Made by a program: the position numbers and the translations under genes
Part shown: piece after piece, positions 36,903 to 48,944 of the stretch
Layout of the letters: every line of letters starts with the position of its first letter
Numbering within the stretch: position 1 is the stretch's first letter
The notes under the pieces: model-generated
What the model was told of the DNA's origin: nothing
The model's input: only the letters and a program-made list of their open reading frames with translations
Databases searched by the model: none
Source: Azolla caroliniana
Lineage: Eukaryota > Plantae > Polypodiophyta
DNA: 64,000 bases
NCBI GenBank assembly: GCA_043228905.1
Contig: JBHGNT010000001.1
Span: 3,162,001-3,226,000, forward strand
Direction: 5' to 3'

Positions 36903-39117
36903 GCTCGTGTCTATTCTACATCAAATCATAAAGAGGGTTGGTCAAGGAATCGCGGCCACAGACAATGCAGGTCACTCAGCTGATGGCACATGCGATTTGC
37001 ACCATCTGATTTGGATAAGAATGAACGCGTGAAAAAAAAGTTGTCAGAGGTCACCCAACTCCGAGTCGTTGGTCGCCCAACTCTTACTGTTGCAAGTTGC
37101 CCAACCAAGTGTATCATTTCGACCAAAATCTTCAAATAAGCTTGTCAATCATTACTCTTAAAACTTACAATAACATATCAAACAATCACAAAATCCAACC
37201 TTAAATTATTCAAAATCGATGATCTTCACCATACTTAACATAAAACAAATAATCATCTTAAAACATAAAAGTTTAAAGTTTAAAAAGTTAAAACTTAAAA
37301 CAGAGATCAACTTATAACATACTTGAAACATGAATCAAAATATGACATACTTGAAACATATTTAATCTACATACGACATATTTGAAACATAAAACTTAAA
37401 ACATAATTCAGCATATGACATACTTCAAAAATAAATCAACATATGACATCCTTTGAACGTAAATCCACTTTAATAAACATCGTAAACCCAAATCAAAATA
37501 TGACATACTTGAAACAGGAAACTTAAAACATAAATCAACATATGACATACTCCCAAATACACTCATAAATCAACATCAATCCACTTAAAACATTGTAAAC
37601 CCAAATGCACCGGTCCACAAAACCATTGAAGCTATGTTTATGGCTCATTCGGAGATGATGGCAAGATGCGGCGACAATTCTTGCAACAATCAACATTTCA
37701 GTCCCTTGATCTAAAGGTCAAGGCATCACAATGCAAGCATCAAATCTTCTCTGTCGCACATATTGGCAATCACCTCCTAGCTCAACTTGCATGTCTTTGC
37801 ATTTTTCCAGTGTGTGCCTTGGAAGTGTTTGGGGAGCTGCCAATAGGATCTTGTGAAATGTTGACTGATGCTCCCATTTTTGCACCAATTGCTTGCTTAC
37901 GCCTTATGGATCCATGGTCATCTTCATTGGTTGGTTTCGGTGCACCTGCGTGATACACCACCGTCTGACTCATTTCTTCAATGGACTCCATACATGCCAA
38001 AATTGTTGCACGGTCGAGGGATCGTAACCCTTGCCTAAGACATTGAATAGCTCCCTCAACCGTCTGTAATTTCGACTCCCATTCCTTCATTTGTGATGTT
38101 ATAGGGTTTGTCTCCTCTCAACCGGTTCTACGTCTGTCTCCACTTTCGTCTCCGTGAAATGGTCATTGCGCATATGGGTTGCATGATCTATAAAAGGCAA
38201 CGACCCACATAGATGTGGCATGTGCCTCTCAATAATCATCCTAATGCCGAGTATATGCTTACAATCATATCTTTGAGTCTAAACCCTAAACATTGTCCCT
38301 ATCATTCTAAACTCAAGTCATACTATCACATTAAAATCATAAAATCAACCAAAACCTTCTCCCAAACCCTAATCCCTCAACATGAAAAAAATCCCTCAAC
38401 TATTCCTACCACATGTAAAAAAAATCAGAAAATGTGATGTTATAGGGTTTAGTACATACCTAGGAAAAGTAAGGGATGAGATTGATTGCCGCGTATGTCG
38501 ATTGCAGGCCACCTGAAGATACTTTTCTTTCCTAGGAAAAAAAACCTGTCAATCTCGTTTGAAAAAATGAGAGATATGACAAGTTTCAAGGTTTTATAGT
38601 CGTTGGGTGGGCGACCTACTTCGATGAGGTCGTTGGTTGGGCGACCAACTTAATATAAACTTACATGTGGTTGGGCAACCTGCTTAAACTGGTCACCCAA
38701 CTATTTTAAAAATATAACTTAGTTGGGCGACCACAATCAAATCAGTTGGGCAACCAAACTTAAAATGGCAAGTTGGGCGACCACAATCAAATCAATTGGG
38801 CAACCAAACTTAAAATGGCAAGTTGGGCGACCAAAATCAGGTAGGTTGGGCGACCACATTAAACCGCTTGGGAGACCACATATGTTAAACGGGTTGGGTG
38901 ACCACTCTAGTTAGGTTGGGCAACTGAGGACTCGGAGTTAGGCGACCAAAATAGGTAGGTTGGACAACCTGTGACAGCTTTTTTTTTCGCACGTTCTTTG
39001 TTATCCAAATCTGACGGTGCACATCGCACACGCCTTCCTCTGAGCGACCTGCACGGTCTGTGGCCGCAATTCCCTCGCCAGCCCTCTTTATGATTTGTGT
39101 CATAATAGACACGTCGG
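36903..39117. mobile_element. Non-autonomous long-TIR DNA transposon (Mutator-like) embedded in TA/CATA microsatellite
   Basis: ~180-bp imperfect inverted repeats: 36906 'cgtgtctatt...caaatcataaagaggg.tgg...gcggccacagac..tgcaggtc.ctcag' against the reverse complement ending 39113. Internal 'gttgggcgacc' subterminal repeats (38600-38970) and 'atatgacatacttgaaaca' repeats (37300-37560). Both flanks are TA/CATA-rich. Confidence 0.8.
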
Positions 39118-39503
39118 ATACATATGTATGTATATATGTACATACATACATAAATATACATACATACGTAGATACATATACATACATGCATTGATTCATT
39201 CCCATCCATCTCTGGGAATCAAAAGGATGCCAGCCGAAACTACATCCTATTTCCTCTTCATCTTCTTCCTCCTCCTCCTCTTCCTCTGTTTCTTCTTCTT
39301 CTTCTTCTTCTTCTTCTTCTTCTTCTTCTTCCTTTCGTTTTCTTCCTGCAGTCTCTCTTCTGCCGCGAAATCTTTCTGAAACGGATCAATGCCACTGAAG
39401 GGATGGGATTGGGGGCGAGTGAGTAAGAATCAGAGAGAGAGAGAGAGAGCGAGAGGGGGAGGGGAGGGACATGATATGATATGATATGATATGATATGAT
39501 ATT

Positions 39504-41404
39504 ATGGAGCCGTCGTCCACTAAGTCAGAACAGATCGTTAGCAGGAAGCCGACTATGGCAACCACAACAACAGCACAGGGGTCCATGTCAGCAAGTGTGG
39601 CATCATCGCTGTCATGGCAAACCTCCAACATGCAGTATGGAAAATTCTATGTGCATGACAATGGCAGCTCGACCGCTCCCACTACAGAGGTAACACCCCG
39701 AAACCCTAACTCATCATCTGGATGCATTTGCGAATAAATCTATGGTACTTTCCCTAATTCTTTTTGCAGTATAAATTAGCCTTTTAATCCCTGACCCTGC
39801 AATTTTTCTTCATAGTTATTGTAATGCAGAGTAGATATCCTGCTAAATTTCCAAAATTTAGGTTTAATTGTTGTGTCTACCCCTTAATTCATGATTTGTG
39901 AATCAACATGCGTAGCGACGGCATTATCGAGAAAGAGATGGTCAAGATCAGCGAGCCGAGGGTCGTTGTGCAGTGCTCACCAAGACAGTCATCAATTGCC
40001 GAAATCAGCTAGGGCACATGCGGCTACGGAACACTACCCCTATCCCGCCCACCCACCTTAGCCTAGATGAAGGTCTATCTATGATTTTATTCTTCATTGT
40101 TGATTACTAGTTGTGCTGGTCATTTCATCCATCCATACATCAGTTCCACAACACATGCATACATTGCATTCCTAGGCATACATATATGAGTAACAAACAA
40201 ATGTCTGATGACATTAATGCTCTACTTTATTGTCTTTATGTGCTATTGAAAACTTCCCATACCAAACATGAGAGACACATGCAAAGGTAGAATTTTAACT
40301 TACCATGGGTCCAATTTCATCAAGAATATTTGCTTCGAAAATTTACACTACTTGATAAATGTAATTGATAAACAGGTAACTTCTTAGATCCACCCACAAC
40401 TTCCTATTATGGTGCCCATGTACAAAGGCTAAAATCTGCCCAAAGCAGCACACCACGAGGCACGACAAGAGCATCAATGTCTAGTTGTAGATATTCTGAG
40501 GGTGACGAGGAAAAACCAAGGGAATCATGCTCGAGGGAAGGTCGAATCAGTAATGTCAATGACTCTGAACCACAGACTCCGTTACAAGACAGATGGAATT
40601 ATAATAGCATGCCAGCTAGAAATATAATTGATACATCAGGAATCGAAGAGGATACAAAGCAATTGGAATGGCTTCTCAAAAGACTTGTGGAGAAGCTCCA
40701 ACCATTGACCAACGAAAACGAGCCAGCCATTACCAAGTATATCCAAAAACACACTGATTGAATGTCAATTTTAAGAAGACGGTACCTCACATGCTCATTG
40801 TGTACTTGCAACTAAACTTGTGTAACTGCATGTCCTAAAGTGGGGTGTTTATGTATGCTGTTTATGTTTATATTATCATGTTGATTTTGGATTGCACATG
40901 TAACACATCAAAGAAATTGTTATATGTCGCAATCTTCTTGGTTGTGATAGCACACCTACGCCAAACATTGTGAAGAAAGGAAACCCAAAGGCAAATCAAA
41001 GAACAAAAGGAAATAAGAAAGGTAGGAATTGGCCACAAATGGCTGACCAGCTTGAAGGGCATCACAAACTTGCTCCATACTATAAGTCAGGACCTTACTA
41101 CAAATATCTCTCAGGTAATTTTACTATACTGATTCAACGAGCAAAGGTGTTTCCTTAGACTAAATTATGCAGTGTTCATTAATCCCAATAGAATTAAAGG
41201 AGTATTTTTGTTATTTAATAAAGATTCAAGGGAGTTATTCCGGTATCTTTAAAACCCAGGAATATTTAAGTAGGTCATTGAGTTTTTTTTGAAGCATGAT
41301 TTGTCTTTAACATGAGCAATATAAGGAATAATTAATAATGATTGATTCTGTTTTTGCTAGAATGTGAGAACAACGATCCAGATGCAAAATTTTGTCGACC
41401 TTAA
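39504..41404 (+). CDS. Hypothetical 5-exon gene, no family recognised
   Basis: Phase-compatible GT-AG exons 39504-39689, 39916-40072, 40376-40736 (or 40781), 40951-41114 and 41361-41404. A (CTT)n/(GA)n-rich 5' region resembles that of neighbouring genes. No conserved domain recognised with confidence. Confidence 0.45.
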
Positions 41405-41584
41405 TTGTGCTCAAGAGGAATTGTAAATGAAATGATCTTGAACAATTCACAGATCATCCTCTGACATCACCGGCTTTGTATATATATTTGACATCACAAT
41501 ATATACTGATACGTTTATTTCATTTGATACATAATTCCTATGTTATTGTGTTTATTACATGAACATCTTTTTTATTCACACAAG

Positions 41585-41995
41585 TCTTCCTTGTGTTGGG
41601 TTTTTCCATGAATCAAACGTTAAATTCCATAGAATCTATCCATAACTTCTAATAAAAAACTAGATTTATCTTTATTTCTGATTCGTTTTTTTTTGTTGAT
41701 AAAATTTTTCTGCATACGCTATTTCATTAAAATAACCAATAACCTCAATATCAGGAATATCTTCAATATCACCAATTCCAGAAAATTTTGATATTTCTGG
41801 AGTTATTTGAATTGGATCAATTCCACGAAATTCATCAATTCCATCAAAAGGATCGATTTCCTTAATTTCATCATATGCAGGAATTATAATGGTGCAAGTA
41901 GAATAAATAGTCTGGCTAAAAATATTTGTAATCATTTATGCCTATAATCTATTTGAATAAGACTCTTGAATTGTTGGAACCCCAATAGTATTGAT
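41585..41995 (-). other. AT-rich relic loosely resembling group II intron reverse transcriptase domains 2-4
   Basis: In order on the minus strand: 'IGVPTIQ' (frameshift) 'LIQ', 'MITNIFSQ', 'DIEVIGYFNEIAY', then 'PTQG'. Compare the consensus LGIPT..DR..Q / ILEPIFE / DIKGFFDNIDH / GTPQG. Confidence 0.3.
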
Positions 41996-42787
41996 CCATG
42001 CATCTTTTCACAATCATTGATGGTAAACCACGTTGAGTATAATGATTGTAGACATTTTTTTATTATGTAATCATTACAGCTCCGTTCTATATAGCAAGGT
42101 CTGTTCAGCTACATAGTGTAATGAGGATATCCTAGATTTGATGAGGACACTGCTGCTTTTGCAAGGTTTGATGAGGCTATACATTATATTTTTAGGCTTT
42201 TTCATTAAAAAACTCATCTAAAACACTTAGTTCATGAATACTTGAAACCAAATACTTTGGGCATTTATAAATGCATGTAACAATGCCAAGACTTATATTT
42301 TGAATTTATCCATCCTTATCGCTTAAGGTTTTCACATTTGGCAACACTCAGCGTTTGAATAATAATCAACAAAGTATGATTATAATAATAGCATTTCCAT
42401 GAGATGAAATTTGTGCAGCAAAAATATTTGTTCGTCTAAACTTTTAATCATGAACATAGAGAAACGCTTAAGTAGTCCTCTTTACAAAACAATTCATTAC
42501 TATATTGGTGAAACTCTATTTCTACCGTTGTGGATGGAATCATAACAAGGGAAACATAAACGTTCAGAATATCTATTTTTTGACTGGGAGCCTCAAATAT
42601 CAACCATGAATGATAGGTGAAGACAAATTCCCTAAAATACTCCTTATGCAATTTATACCTAGTTCATGAGAATATAGTTATGTAGAAAAATGGTTGAACA
42701 TGAATATTTCCATCACAAATAAATTATTCCATACAAAACAGAATAGACGACAATGATAACCTACACATTGAAGGTTATGTTTTAATG

Positions 42788-45700
42788 TCAAATTTTCTTG
42801 AAACAAAATGTTCGAACTGAAGCAAATAACTCAGATACTCCAAGCCCATTGGGAAATTTTGATGCCATGAATATTGTGAAAGCGTGATTTTGGATATCAT
42901 CTTTCTCCTCCGGCCACTTGCCATCTAGAGTGAACCCAGAATTGTTTGCAGAGCTTAAGATGAATTGTTCATTCACTTGTCTTTCCACATGGCATAGAAT
43001 AAGTAAAGGGTCTGGCTTACCCAGTATTGGTTCAGCCATCAATGCCTTCGCAGTAGCGAACAATAAAGGTACCGCCTCTGCCACATATGTTACATCACTT
43101 CCAATAATGACATCAAACCCTCTCCCACTGGTAATTCTATGAACTTTTTCGATGTGTTCTATGCAACCCCATTCCAAGAGCTCAATTTTCAATGTATTTC
43201 GAGTTATTATCTCATCATTGGACTTCACATTGTCTGAAAGAAGAGCCAATGCATTTGAATCTCCATCAGTGGCAACAACAAGATCTGCCACTGTGGATGC
43301 AACAATTGAGCAAATACCTACTGAACCACAACCTAGTTCAAGCACATTTTTTGATGTGATGATCTGGTTGTTTTTAGAGAGAAGGTCAGCAAGAAAAAGG
43401 GCAGATTCCCATAGCATAAGTCCTGTTGCTTTGCAACTGTGTTGATACTCTTTCGACAAGGTTCGAATTTGAAAAAAATGTCCATTTACAAGGATTGGCA
43501 AGACCTGGAAGCATCATGAGACAAATCGAATTGTCTTTTTCCATCTACTTCTTCAGGGACGGTGAGTTTATACGACTTACCTCCAGTTCAGGAACCCCAA
43601 ATATTTCAGATGCAACACCCTCTGACAAATCTATATCTTCTGAACCTGAAGCACATCAGACAAACTGAACAGAATGTTGGAGAAACTTACAAACGTAGAT
43701 CATCTCTGGCAACCATGTCATCTACTCATGATATTAGACCTTGGGGTCAGATCTAGCATGTAGCATTCAATATCTATAGGTGGCTAGTGACAAAGTGCAA
43801 ACTGGATAAGTTTTTTTATGTAGATAAGTTATCACTGTTACAGAGTGAAAATACAATTTTTGAAAAAACTCTATTGCTACTATTTGTTAGAAGATTGAAG
43901 AAATACTACGAAGAAAAATAAATATATTTCTCGTTCTCTTTGAAATTGCCATATTCATTATAACTACTTCATAGCTGGATTATATCAAACCTCCCCTAAT
44001 TATTTGGTAAATAACAGCTGAAAGAATCATTGTAGTGGTAAATATGGGAAAACAAACGCATATGCATTTTGGTAGGGTTTTCACATATCTTTTAGGATTT
44101 TCTCATATATTGTCACCTGAAGATTTCACTTCTGCTACATCCATACTGTTTAAATTGCCAAATACGCCTTGAATCCAACGCCTGTGAGGAAAAAAAAGTA
44201 AACAAGTGTACAAAAACATTCATAGATGAATATTACCATTGGATCTGATAAACATATATATTGACCTATTCATTGTAATTTCTCTAGCTCTATTTTCTAT
44301 TTTTCTCTCGTGAATCTTGATTGTCTCACAAGAGAATCCTTCAGATGTAAAAAGATCATATAGCATGCTCTCAGTGAAATAAAATACACGCTGCGAAAAA
44401 AAAAATGCTTGTCAGTGTGTCTGGATAAAACACTTGTAGAATCTGATATGAATAAATTGAGTTGATGATACTGACAGTGCCATCACTTCTAACATAGAAA
44501 TTATCACTGATCTTCTGTATTTTATTGGATAACCGTTCCTGTTTGAATGAAGTACGAGTATAATGAGCATTTTGTTTCAGTGCTGGAGTCTGAGCATTTC
44601 CTAATGCTGTATAACGCTACTTCAAAGTACAAGAATAGTATTTTCTTACAAATATGTAATTAGCAACACAGATAGCGTACCTGGGCAAGGTCACCAGAAG
44701 CATAGTCTCTTATCAACACGTGACTCTTAGGCTAACAAAAGAAGATATTTCTGAAACAAGTCAGGTAACTGAATTGAGGATAACCCATGATGAACCTACA
44801 TACCATTGGCTCCAAGCATACATACCTTCAACACCTTTTTTATATTTCGAAGCACAAAAGGCATTTTCTGTGGAGATATTGCTGATAGACAGAAAACCTT
44901 AAAACAGGAGGAAAGAACACTTACGATAGAGAAATCTGAAGATAAATCCACTAACAGTGTTCTAATATGAGAATAAATTACATACTTACCAATGTCACAA
45001 CGTCAATTGAATGAATAGGAATGACCGAGGCTAAGTCATCACATGTTACATCACAAACAAAGGCATGAATACGCTTCTCTGTGTAATCTTTATGAGCCTA
45101 TATTTGATACAGAAGAGGTAAGAAAAAAGATTCTTTTTAAAATGTTTTTAAAAAAGGTGAAAAGAATATGAGGATTTGCACCTTTAACAAGTTGATGGCT
45201 TTGGCTGAAAAGTCAGAAGCATAAATGAATAAACTTGGATACGTTTCTAGCAATGGAAACACACTATTGCCAACACCACATCCGATCTACTATACAATAA
45301 GATTAGTTAGGCTTCCTCTTACAAATATGCTCTAAAAATCAGTAAGAAGAATCCTCTACAAGATAAGGTATTATGACATGGCCACACATGAGACGCACCT
45401 CCAAAACTGCACAGGAATGACCTCCAATTTCGGACAATGCCTCAGGCACATGGTCAGAAGATGAATTGCTGAGCTGACATTTTAAATCAATTGGCTTGTG
45501 AGTCATACAAAACAAATACTCTGGCTGGAAGCACTGGTTCACTAAATATATGACAGAAAACGGGTGAAAAAGTGTAACCGAGTAATCAAGTGTGTGCATT
45601 TGATTGTCAAAAGGAATAAGCTTTAACAGGCAAATGTTTTGTCTTTACCTATGTTTTCGTGAGTTTTTTCCTTTTTCCTATTTTTCATCTTCTTTTTGGG

Positions 45701-46650
45701 GGCTTTCTTTCCCCCTTAAGACAGTGCAGCAAACAGAAATCAACCAATGACAAAAAAAGATGCCTTTTTACATAATCTTTTGCCATTCCTGAACCAAAAA
45801 AACTCATCGGATAAAGCTCACCAAAAACAGTTCTACAGAAAAAAGTATGATTTAAATTTGTAACGATGTATTTGAACGTGATGCAAATTTGAAACTCTTC
45901 AGAAAATCTACTATGAGCATATCAGCACGAGGAATGCTTTAAAATATCAATATGATACGAGCACTCACTGGTTTCTGAAAGTAATCTCCCCATTCCTTGT
46001 GAAGGTAATGTCTATCTTTGAAAAACTACAAATCACACATAGTTTGATTAGGCATTAAAACGTGATCCTGTGATTTACATCAAGACTGAAAAATAGATAA
46101 CCTTATCTGTATTCCGTTTATAGAATGTCTCCCAATACTTTTTTGCATCCTTTTCATACTTATCTGCACATTTTGACAACAGCAGTTTTACAAGATAGAA
46201 TATCATTGTGTGTGTGTGTGTGTGTGTACATACATATATATGGGGATAGTTGAGTACAAAATATAAGGGCGTTCCAGTAATATGTTTTATACAATCTAGC
46301 ATGTTTTCATGGAAGGTCTCCTTCTTCAGTATTTCATTGCACAACAAAACAGAAAAACTCAAGAAGAAACGTTCATATAGACGTCGGAAGAAACAAAAAT
46401 GTACCACTTTGGGAAGCTCATTTGCAATGATCATATAGCTACCAAATCTAGAACAGCCATGAGGAAATCAGAAGCGAACACGAATACAAAAATTGGTGTT
46501 CTATACGTGTGCATTACATATCAATGTATGAAGACAGAAAAACACAGTATAGATTGGTTTGGTTTGCATACCACGCCAGAAGTCTGAGACGAGATCTGTG
46601 GGAGGGGGATAGATTATCGTCTTTTTTATCTCTTGCGCGCCCGTGTCCAT
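42788..46650 (-). CDS. Two-domain SAM methyltransferase: N-terminal METTL2/6-like tRNA m3C domain plus C-terminal Methyltransf_16 domain (At2g26200-like), multi-exon
   Basis: ATG at 46650: MDTGAQEIKKTIIYPPPTDLVSDFWR|DKYEKDAKKYWETFYKRNTDK|FFKDRHYL...VLE|IGCGVGNSVFPLL...SDFS|AFVCDV|VFCLSAISP|RDYASGDLAQ|NFYVRSDGT|R.WIQ. The last exon (42788-~43504) has 'TGLMLWESA', 'VLELGCG', 'ATDGD' and 'FDVIIGSDVTY'. Confidence 0.93.
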
Positions 46651-46753
46651 CGTCTTCTGTCAGAATTGGTGGAGAAAAGAGTCACTTCGATTCACAGGCC
46701 ATCGCCGGCTAGAACCCTGACTCATTCATGTATGTATGTATTCTCGCTCTCTC

Positions 46754-46946
46754 TTTTTTCATCGTAAGGTAGTTGTAGTAGTAAGTTGTTACACTACTAG
46801 CCCTAGGTTTTGGGTTCGAACCCCAATTCTCTCACCTCTCTATTACTCCATAATAGAACATGTCCTCTTAATTTACTAGATGTCATTGTGGAATGTTGTG
46901 GGTTGAACCCATGACCCTTAGGTCTCCATTGGGCAACCTTACCATC
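46754..46946 (-). mobile_element. 5'-truncated SINE copy (same family) ~100 bp upstream of the methyltransferase ATG
   Basis: Aligns with the other copies. TSD tatgtattctcgctctctctt (46735-46755) / tatgtattctcacactctctt (46948-46968), two mismatches. Confidence 0.85.
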
Positions 46947-48285
46947 TTATGTATTCTCACACTCTCTTGCTATTTTTCTTCTAAACGCGCTAGATAGATC
47001 AGGGGAAAAAAAACGTTTGTAGCATCATAGTTGCATTTCACACACATCGGTAGTAGGATATGATTTTCTCTCTATCGCTCTCTATACTCGAAGGTTGTAG
47101 GGCCAACGGTATCTACTCCCCCTTTGCCACAAGGAGTTGGCTGGGGTCAACTACAGGATTTAAGTGTTCATGGTCATCCTTGTCCTTGCACATCACAAGA
47201 TGTGGGATGATGCCCTCGCTTAATTACTACTACACAATCAATTATGCATATCATTTGGCTTTTTAAATTATGTGTATTTCTCGCACATTAAAACGGCATG
47301 TGAGGTTAAGTTCATCTCTCATCTCTTGAGTTCTTTTTTATTTCATTTGCAAATCTCTCATGATTTCCTCTCATACTTTGGTTGATTTCTCATTAGCCTA
47401 ATGTTGAATTCTATGACTTCTTTCCTTGAGTTGATGCAAAACATCTCTTTTCTATTCACCAATTCCTCCATAATCATTTGAAGACGCTTCATGCATTGCG
47501 TGACCCAAGGACACTCCATGGTGTTGTAAGATATATGTGAGAACCATGGATCATTGTTAGAAAATACTAAAGGCAAGAAAACAATGGGTATAGCACCAAT
47601 TCAAACCCAAGTTGGGTTTGGCCTTGTGAGTAGAGTAGACATGTTTTACATACTCTATTTTACTTCTACAACAAAGGGATCCTCATCTCATTTGTAAGCA
47701 CAATTAAAAGTTTTCTTCTCAATTGTAATTAATTTGTATGTTGCTCCTTAATCATGTCATACATTGTTACTAATAATTCATCCTTAAGTTAATCTCGCTG
47801 ATTTGCAACAACAATTACAAACTCCTTGAGGCCTCAACTCCTTAATGCAAAGCCTAAGCTAGAGATTTAACTAATCCATCCGGCTTTTTGTTGCCTAGAG
47901 CATGGTGTTGAACATCCAAACCCATATACTCGAAAATTGTGATCCAAGCAAACCTTTGCAAAGGGGATGCAAAATAAGAAAACAATCATTATGATTCCAT
48001 ATTGTAAGGGTAACTCTTATGCTCTACCGTGTGAACTCAACCTTGCTATAAGTAATGATAAAGTAAAAAGGAATATTACCAAGATAAAAATATTACTTGA
48101 GTTAGGGTTAGAATGAGGTAGATTGAAAATCTATTGTGATCATCAAGGACCTCTAAATAATATTAGGAGGGATATGTATTGTCTGACCCTAGGCAGATCA
48201 TGATCCTTTTCAAAGAGGATGTCAACTAACATGGGCAATGGACAAAAAGTTTTCATAAGTTGAACACCTTCTAAGCTGATGTATA

Positions 48286-48322
<37 letters not shown>

Positions 48323-48699
48323 ACCCCTTTACATGTAAGAACCATTGTGACTCAATATTCACGCACACCACTCACTTCTGTATTAATTACATCATCTCTC
48401 TTTGGATTCTGTATATTGTCATCATGACTAGACCATCGAACCATTCCCATCACTCTCAGATTCCGTGTAATCAAGAATCCAATATGGCTCCACTTTAACT
48501 GCCACAGTAATTTCGATCATTTTGAATCAGCTTCAAATGTCCCTGGCTGATGAACTACTAATCTACCATTGAAATCAGAAACTTGAGGAGTCACGATCAG
48601 CTGAACAGTGGTAAAATGCAAAAGAGAAAGATCCAGCTTCCTCTTGGAAACAATGTGAATGCTCCATGCTAAGGTCCAGGTTTGGATTTTGATGGTCGA

Positions 48700-48828
48700 A
48701 AACTATTTCCAAGCTATTTCCAGCCTGACCATCTAATGATCCAAAATGTTTCATGCAGCTTAATTTCCAACATTCCCTTCTGAACCCTTGATACCTTAAA
48801 ACACCTCTCTTAGGCTCCATGGGCATTC
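48700..48828 (-). repeat. Diverged duplicate of the 3' coding end of the adjacent PPR gene
   Basis: 'actatttccaag...caaaatg..t.atgcagctta.tttc.aacattc.cttctgaacccttga...acctctctt.ggctc.atggg' matches ~48928-49030. Confidence 0.85.
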
Positions 48829-48944
48829 AAAATCTATTTCTGAATCCATTTATTCTATATAAACATGGAATAATGGTTATATGCATGTTGAACCTTGCCC
48901 GATCATTTTCAAAATTGGCTGTCAGAAACTATTTCCAAGATGGT

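Noticed and set aside
38600-38970. CRISPR-like array of 'gttgggcgacc' repeats
   Set aside because: Repeats are short, degenerate and irregularly spaced, the 'spacers' are themselves duplicated, there are no cas genes and the context is eukaryotic. These are transposon subterminal repeats.
40759-40761. In-frame TGA as selenocysteine or programmed readthrough
   Set aside because: Land plants lack the Sec machinery, an alternative upstream donor avoids the stop, and simple pseudogenisation also explains it.
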